A stretch of DNA of 20,000 nucleotides from the IMG/VR virus record IMGVR_UViG_3300035498_001325; one strand, given 5' to 3'. The notes beneath the pieces were generated by a model. That model searched no databases. It saw only the letters and a program-made list of their open reading frames with translations, and was not told the DNA's origin. Position 1 is the stretch's first letter. Every line of letters starts with the position of its first letter. The position numbers and the translations under genes were made by a program. Shown piece after piece: positions 15,022 through 20,000 of the stretch. The DNA comes from an uncultured virus (IMG/VR IMGVR_UViG_3300035498_001325) (taxonomy: Duplodnaviria > Heunggongvirae > Uroviricota > Caudoviricetes).

Positions 15022-15648
15022 ATGTTTTTTAATAGAAAAAAAGAAAAAAGTAAAGATAATGTATTTACACCATTAGAAGAAGATATAGCTCAGTATATTC
15101 CCGATGACTATGAATTACTTTCTGATGAAAAAGAAAGAATGGAAAAATTAAATAATATTTGTAATGAATATAAATTAAACGACAAAACAAGAAAAGAACT
15201 TATTACTCCACCATTAAGAGATATGTCAAACAAATTAATAATTTTTTTTAGTTCTCATTCAAGATTTAACGGCAATATTCTTAATGATTTTCCTATAGAA
15301 GATTGGGAATATATATTTGATTTTGCCGATTGTGCAAGAATTGATAATAAAGAATTTAAAGAAGTTATAGATATGTGTAAAAAACACGATGATAAAATAT
15401 ATTATCCATCCGTACAGAGATTATTAACTTTAAATCGTAATCTTGAAGATTTTGGTATGGACAAATATTTATCAATAAAAGAATTTAATGAGATTTATTT
15501 AAGCGTAATTGATGATATAAAGGAAAATCCTTTATATTGGTACGCTGATAATACTTTCTTTACTCTTATAAGTAGAAAAACACACAAAGAACACGTTGCT
15601 ATTTATGAATTGTTATTTGAAAAGTATAAATATTGTACACGTTATTAA
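15022..15648 (+). CDS. Hypothetical protein
   Basis: 208-aa ORF with SD AAGGAG and its own promoter and terminator. Confidence 0.75.
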   Translation: MFFNRKKEKSKDNVFTPLEEDIAQYIPDDYELLSDEKERMEKLNNICNEYKLNDKTRKELITPPLRDMSNKLIIFFSSHSRFNGNILNDFPIEDWEYIFDFADCARIDNKEFKEVIDMCKKHDDKIYYPSVQRLLTLNRNLEDFGMDKYLSIKEFNEIYLSVIDDIKENPLYWYADNTFFTLISRKTHKEHVAIYELLFEKYKYCTRY

Positions 15649-15672
15649 AAGAGGTAGAAATACCTCTTTTTT
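15647..15672 (+). terminator. Intrinsic terminator
   Basis: AAAAGAGGTA-gaaa-TACCTCTTTTTT. Confidence 0.85.
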
Positions 15673-15767
15673 GTTGTAAAGATACAAAAAAATAAAGTGA
15701 TAAAAAAAATATATTTTATTTTTGTATATAAGAAAATTATATATAGTATTTTTAGGTGGTGATTTAT

Positions 15768-16184
15768 ATGATGATATTCGGAATTGAAGCAAGTGTATGG
15801 ATTGCAGCACTTATAGCTATATGTACTACTGTTGTTGGTATAGAAAAAGTCTATACATGGTTAAAACAAAAGTTCGATTATGCACATAATAAAGTCAATG
15901 AAGATGATGAATTAAAAACCACCATTACAAGGCAAGCAGAAGAATTAAAAATTCTAAGAACACAAAATAAGATAATTATGGATGGACTTATGATGATACT
16001 AAGAAATACAATTAAGAATGATGGTATTCGATATATAGAAAGGGGGAAGATATACCAAGATGAACTTGATGAATATGAACAAACCTATGCTGTTTACGAA
16101 CAAATGGGCGGTAACGGGATAGGAAAAAAATACCACAATGCAGTAATGGACTTACCTATATTAAAAAACACGAATCAGGATTGA
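15768..16184 (+). CDS. Phage holin-like membrane protein
   Basis: N-terminal TM, coiled coil, then G...ILR..I......Y...G.I...E.......Y..Y..MGGNG........V..LP, a pattern I recall from phage lysis modules. ATG 15768 follows SD AGGTGG. Confidence 0.65.
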   Translation: MMIFGIEASVWIAALIAICTTVVGIEKVYTWLKQKFDYAHNKVNEDDELKTTITRQAEELKILRTQNKIIMDGLMMILRNTIKNDGIRYIERGKIYQDELDEYEQTYAVYEQMGGNGIGKKYHNAVMDLPILKNTNQD

Positions 16185-16216
16185 GTTCATTGTTTCAAAT
16201 TCCATTTATTAATCTT

Positions 16217-16262
16217 AAAAAGAGGAAGTAGAGCTTATATTAAAAACCCTACTTCCTTTTTT
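16217..16262. terminator. Bidirectional intrinsic terminator
   Basis: AGGAAGTAG...CTACTTCCTTTTTT between convergent genes. Confidence 0.75.
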
Positions 16263-16299
16263 ATATGTAATCTAAAATACTATTATTTAAACCGAACTA

Positions 16300-17304
16300 T
16301 TAAACTGTTATATAATCAGAATCATTTGCAATTACTTCTTTTTCTTCTTCATCTTCTTTTTCAGGTGGAATTTCTTCTGAATCTTTATTCTCAGGATTGA
16401 GTTCTTCTAATGTCTTATCATAACCGTCAATATAATCTCTGTAAATGTCAATTGCATCATCAACAGGAGCATATTTAACGTACTTTGCTTTATCTTCTTC
16501 AATTTTCAATGCAAGTCTTGCAACCTTATCGCTTGCAATATTTTCTTCTTGTTTTGAATCATCACTCTGAGCTTCAGGTACAGCAATTTCAAGTGTAGAA
16601 ACATCTTTCCAAGCTACTAATGAAGTTCTTAATGTTGTACCAGTAACATCAATCAATGTGATATTAGCCTTACCTTCTTCATCATTTTCACCTGCAACTG
16701 TTGCTGTAAGTTCTTTAGCTTTGTCGTATAAAACTTGAATAGTAATAGGATTACCATCATTATCAAATTTCTTTACATCAAAACCATCTCTTACATCAAA
16801 AGTAGTATCATCAGGTTGAACAATTAATAACACATTAAGTCCAAGACCATCTATCTTAGTTAAATCTTTTTCAGCATTAATTAACTGAGTGTCATTAACT
16901 TCAATATCGGTTTCATTTTCTTTCTCTACCTTTGTAACAAGGTCAGCTTCTGAATAAACAGAAGTAGTATGGTCAGTAGTACCCTGTGTAAGATAAGCAA
17001 GGATATTGTTGCTTACAGCAGTAGTTTTTCTTGCCATTACCATAACAAAGTTTGCATAACGCTTATCTGCTGCTAATGCTTTTGCATCGTCTGCTGTGTT
17101 GTAATATACAGCCCAAAAATCATAATAAGGTGTTAAATCAACTGTTTCTATTAAATGCTTCATTGCTTCATATTCTGTATCATATACAGTAATATCGTTA
17201 GCATCATTTGCATCATTCTTGTAATAGAATTTCATTTGACCTTCATAGAAATTTTTAACATTTAAAGCAGGTACAACTGTTTTATTAAAAGCGAAAAATG
17301 ACAT
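16300..17304 (-). CDS. Acidic hypothetical protein, paralogue of 17343-17975
   Basis: Shares YY.F..V.Y....KRY....MVM.RKT.A..N...AYLT and LID..GT with its neighbour. SD GAGGTG. Confidence 0.8.
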   Translation of the reverse strand: MSFFAFNKTVVPALNVKNFYEGQMKFYYKNDANDANDITVYDTEYEAMKHLIETVDLTPYYDFWAVYYNTADDAKALAADKRYANFVMVMARKTTAVSNNILAYLTQGTTDHTTSVYSEADLVTKVEKENETDIEVNDTQLINAEKDLTKIDGLGLNVLLIVQPDDTTFDVRDGFDVKKFDNDGNPITIQVLYDKAKELTATVAGENDEEGKANITLIDVTGTTLRTSLVAWKDVSTLEIAVPEAQSDDSKQEENIASDKVARLALKIEEDKAKYVKYAPVDDAIDIYRDYIDGYDKTLEELNPENKDSEEIPPEKEDEEEKEVIANDSDYITV

Positions 17305-17342
17305 ATTAAATCACCTCATATTAAAATACATTTAACAACATC

Positions 17343-17975
17343 TTAAACATACATACTATCAAGATTAGGTATCTTTACCTCTTCTTCCTTTGGTGGTTCA
17401 GGTTCTTCATCATTTTTTATTTTACTTTCATCAAAGTTGACAAAAATATCAAAAATTTCCTTTGCACTCTGAGGAGTTGAAGCATATTCAAGAGTACCTA
17501 AAGCATCTATAAGGTGTAAAGTACCAACCTTATCATCAGATGTTAAAATACCGCCTGCTTCAAGACCACCATTAGTCTGCATACTTTTCTGTATTTGATT
17601 AAATACCTTTGTTGCTGTATTCAATTCAGGACTTTCTACAACAATGTAAGTATCTCTATAACCAAAATCGCCACAATCTGTAACTGCATCAAGGTTAAGA
17701 CCAGCCTTACCTGTTAAATAAGCCATTACTTCGTTTCTAATGGCTACTGTCTTTCTTGTCATAACCATCATATATTTTTCATAACGCTTATTTCTATCAG
17801 TTAATGAAGGACTATAAAACACTTCATAAAACTTATAGTATTGTCCGATATTACAAGTATCTAATATCAATTTTTCTGCGTCTTCAAGTTTATCAAAAGA
17901 CTTTCCAACTGTCGGCACTACATAACTGATTTTTTCTTTAATGAGATTTTCCATTGTTAAATCTGTTAATGCCAT
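17343..17975 (-). CDS. Hypothetical protein, paralogue of 16300-17304
   Basis: Same shared motifs. SD GGGGTGG. Confidence 0.8.
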   Translation of the reverse strand: MALTDLTMENLIKEKISYVVPTVGKSFDKLEDAEKLILDTCNIGQYYKFYEVFYSPSLTDRNKRYEKYMMVMTRKTVAIRNEVMAYLTGKAGLNLDAVTDCGDFGYRDTYIVVESPELNTATKVFNQIQKSMQTNGGLEAGGILTSDDKVGTLHLIDALGTLEYASTPQSAKEIFDIFVNFDESKIKNDEEPEPPKEEEVKIPNLDSMYV

Positions 17976-18041
17976 AAGACCACCCCTTTGTATTTAGATT
18001 ACATTTTATAAATACATCTTATAAAAAATAAAATTTTTCTA

Positions 18042-18070
18042 TTGACAACAAACAGAAATGGTGATATAAT
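18042..18070 (+). promoter_or_regulatory. sigmaA promoter (extended -10)
   Basis: TTGACA-17nt-TATAAT with TGn. Confidence 0.85.
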
Positions 18071-18116
18071 ATAAACAATATACAAAACAATTTCAACTAA
18101 GAAAGGAAATAAAGTT

Positions 18117-18389
18117 ATGAAAGTAATTAAAAAAACTAAATTAGGAAAAATGTATTTAATCTCAGAGGAAGAATTGAAAAATGTTGAAGCTAACTCAAGA
18201 TGTGAATTGGCTAATTACATATTATTTTGTTTTAATAATTTCTCTCAAAATGATGATTTATTTACCAACATTCAAATTTTAAAAAACATAATATTATTTT
18301 TATCTTGTAAACAAAAATATATTCCAAATTCACATAACAATATGACGTTTGATGAATATAGAGAAAACAATGCAACAAAAAAAGGGTGA
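18117..18389 (+). CDS. Hypothetical protein (monocistronic)
   Basis: 90-aa ORF with SD AAAGGA and its own promoter and terminator. Confidence 0.7.
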   Translation: MKVIKKTKLGKMYLISEEELKNVEANSRCELANYILFCFNNFSQNDDLFTNIQILKNIILFLSCKQKYIPNSHNNMTFDEYRENNATKKG

Positions 18390-18410
18390 ATAAAATCACC
18401 CTTTTCTTTT
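18377..18410. terminator. Bidirectional intrinsic terminator
   Basis: AAAAGGGTGA-ataaaa-TCACCCTTTT. Confidence 0.8.
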
Positions 18411-18538
18411 TAAATATCCTTGTTGATTCCAAAATTAGAAATCTTATTAGCCACGGTTAAAGCGGTTGTAAGCGTACCTGCAAAAAAACCAATGCAAAGT
18501 GCTGATATAATCACTAATATCGTCTGTACCATATACAT
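18410..18538 (-). CDS. 42-aa membrane peptide MYMVQTILVIISALCIGFFAGTLTTALTVANKISNFGINKDI
   Basis: SD GGAAGGA, one TM segment, last gene before the terminator. Not in the ORF track. Confidence 0.7.
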   Translation of the reverse strand: MYMVQTILVIISALCIGFFAGTLTTALTVANKISNFGINKDI

Positions 18539-18562
18539 CAACGTCCTTCCCCTAAAAACACA

Positions 18563-18922
18563 TTATTGAAATTCTTTACATTCATAACCATTTTTACTTA
18601 ACCATTCAGCTACCAAATGTCTATGACAAAAGTCTGATGGTTTTTCGTAGCAAATCAAGCATACATCTTTATTATTAGATAAAGTATATAAATCATTAAC
18701 TACGTTTTCTGCATTAAGTACATTTAAAACTCTTTCATCAAAATTCTTTATATAATAATCATTATCTTTAGTTTCTTTCCAAACTTTGAAAAAATCCCAT
18801 TTTGGAGCTAATTTTTTATATTGTAACCCTTTCCAACTATCAGGAGCTTTACCGCATATACTAATTGGAATTATATTTTCAGGTAACTTTCTTATATTCG
18901 CAAAATAACTTGTGTATAACAT
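18563..18922 (-). CDS. DUF488-family protein
   Basis: YTSYF...LAP......CLICYEKP.DFCHRHLVAEWL pattern. Confidence 0.8.
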   Translation of the reverse strand: MLYTSYFANIRKLPENIIPISICGKAPDSWKGLQYKKLAPKWDFFKVWKETKDNDYYIKNFDERVLNVLNAENVVNDLYTLSNNKDVCLICYEKPSDFCHRHLVAEWLSKNGYECKEFQ

Positions 18923-18949
18923 GAAAATACTTATCCCCCTAAAAATTAT

Positions 18950-19105
18950 TTATTGTTTTTTAATATTTACATTCAACTGTTCTCTTATTTCTTGTATTGA
19001 ATTGTCTACAAATTTTTTATATCTTTCATTAAATATATCATAGATAGTACCTAATGTAACTATTGCACCAACAAGAAATCCTATTATAAAGTAAAAAAAC
19101 CACAT
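18950..19105 (-). CDS. 51-aa membrane peptide MWFFYFIIGFLVGAIVTLGTIY...KKQ
   Basis: SD AAAGGA, N-terminal TM, fills the operon gap. Not in the ORF track. Confidence 0.75.
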   Translation of the reverse strand: MWFFYFIIGFLVGAIVTLGTIYDIFNERYKKFVDNSIQEIREQLNVNIKKQ

Positions 19106-19123
19106 TTTATATTAAATTCCTTT

Positions 19124-19273
19124 CTATATCTTTCCGAATATTTCTGTAATTGATTTTTCTATATTTTCTAAGCTTTTAATAAATGATTTAATTCGTCTTT
19201 CTCTTGTAAGTCTTGCCATAAGAAATCCTATAACAAAACTTACAATAAAGTTACTTATATGTAATAATACCAT
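19124..19273 (-). CDS. 49-aa membrane peptide MVLLHISNFIVSFVIGFLMARL...GKI
   Basis: SD AAGGTG, N-terminal TM, fills the operon gap. Not in the ORF track. Confidence 0.75.
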   Translation of the reverse strand: MVLLHISNFIVSFVIGFLMARLTRERRIKSFIKSLENIEKSITEIFGKI

Positions 19274-19285
19274 ATTTATTTCACC

Positions 19286-19867
19286 TTAAAAGACTTTCTT
19301 ACCAATCAATATAGCAACAACATTTCTTACTCCTGTTTCTGCAATAGAAACATTTGTTTTCATTTCTCCTATAATTTCCTTGTAGGAGGTGTTTTGTTGT
19401 TCTAATGATTTAATAATTCTTTTATATTCGGCAATCTGAGCTGTATTATCTTCAATTATTTGTTCATACTCCAATACCTGATTTTCGATACTATCAGAAG
19501 CCTCTGCAAATAATTTCTTTTCTTCCTCTAACTTATTTAACAATCTACCTATATAATCTTTATTATAATCATTACCAAGACCTAAATCAATTGAATATAA
19601 TGTAATTACATTAAGATTTGAATTATCTACTATAACAACCCAAGTACCATTTAAATATAAATCAACAAGTCTATTATTAAAATTAGCAATAGGCTTACCT
19701 GTATAAATAAGCTCTCCAAATTCAATCATTTTTGATATATCTTCTTTTATCTTAGTTTCATTATTAGCTATAAAAACAGTAATATCTGTTTTATTGGATT
19801 TATCCATTATTCTCTCAGCATATCTTTCTTTTGCGTGTTTGCTTATCGTAATCTTACTTAAATCCAT
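19286..19867 (-). CDS. Hypothetical protein: HAxERxxER N-terminal domain plus long coiled coil
   Basis: ISKHAKERYAERI...VVIVD...VITLY followed by heptad repeats. Confidence 0.7.
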   Translation of the reverse strand: MDLSKITISKHAKERYAERIMDKSNKTDITVFIANNETKIKEDISKMIEFGELIYTGKPIANFNNRLVDLYLNGTWVVIVDNSNLNVITLYSIDLGLGNDYNKDYIGRLLNKLEEEKKLFAEASDSIENQVLEYEQIIEDNTAQIAEYKRIIKSLEQQNTSYKEIIGEMKTNVSIAETGVRNVVAILIGKKVF

Positions 19868-19952
19868 TTTATCCCTGCTTTCTTTTCCATATTTTTTACT
19901 TTCTCTTTTTTATATTAGAATATTTAACAAATATTAATTATTTTTATGTACA

Positions 19953-20000
19953 TTACAACCTCATTTTAATGGCTTTATTTTCGATTCTACGGGCTTTTAT
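19953..20000 (-). CDS. Possible 3' end of an upstream CDS (partial)
   Basis: Open frame IKARRIENKAIKMRL* running in from the window edge. Confidence 0.35.
   Translation of the reverse strand: MKARRIENKAIKMRL

Noticed and set aside
15613..15810. 65-aa minus-strand ORF
   Set aside because: Crosses a terminator and overlaps two + strand genes
19987..20000. Resemblance of CTACGGGCTTTTAT to the TnpB guide (GTACAGGCTTTTAT)
   Set aside because: Mismatches in the TAM-proximal seed and no adjacent TAM; likely chance
1..20000. CRISPR array, tRNA/rRNA genes, stop-codon recoding
   Set aside because: No repeat-spacer array or cloverleaf seen; genes are intact under code 11, and TAG and TGA end genes at sensible positions

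Overview
Very AT-rich window that reads as part of a large phage of a Firmicutes (probably clostridial) host, using the standard genetic code. The phage origin is inferred from gene content and organisation; no capsid or terminase gene is present. Recognisable genes: RecJ, a TnpA-less IS200/IS605 element (intact TnpB, both ends, omegaRNA), a papain-like protease with an SLH domain, a HAD 5'-nucleotidase, ThyX split by a LAGLIDADG intein, an orphan ParM/StbA actin-like ATPase, two holin-like proteins and DUF488. Four small hydrophobic ORFs are missing from the supplied ORF track. Transcription appears two-tiered: eight near-perfect sigmaA promoters, and units lacking them that share TATTTTTT(T)AT. 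Most novel signals: (1) a promoter- and terminator-bounded ~130-nt sRNA with an anti-SD and a candidate target 4 kb away; (2) 5'UTR/3'UTR inverted repeats enclosing whole transcription units; (3) a stand-alone MqsA-type Zn-finger that may mimic an antitoxin; (4) a radical-SAM homologue without its cluster motif; (5) a possibly membrane-anchored orphan actin. All family calls are by eye from motifs; no database search was run.
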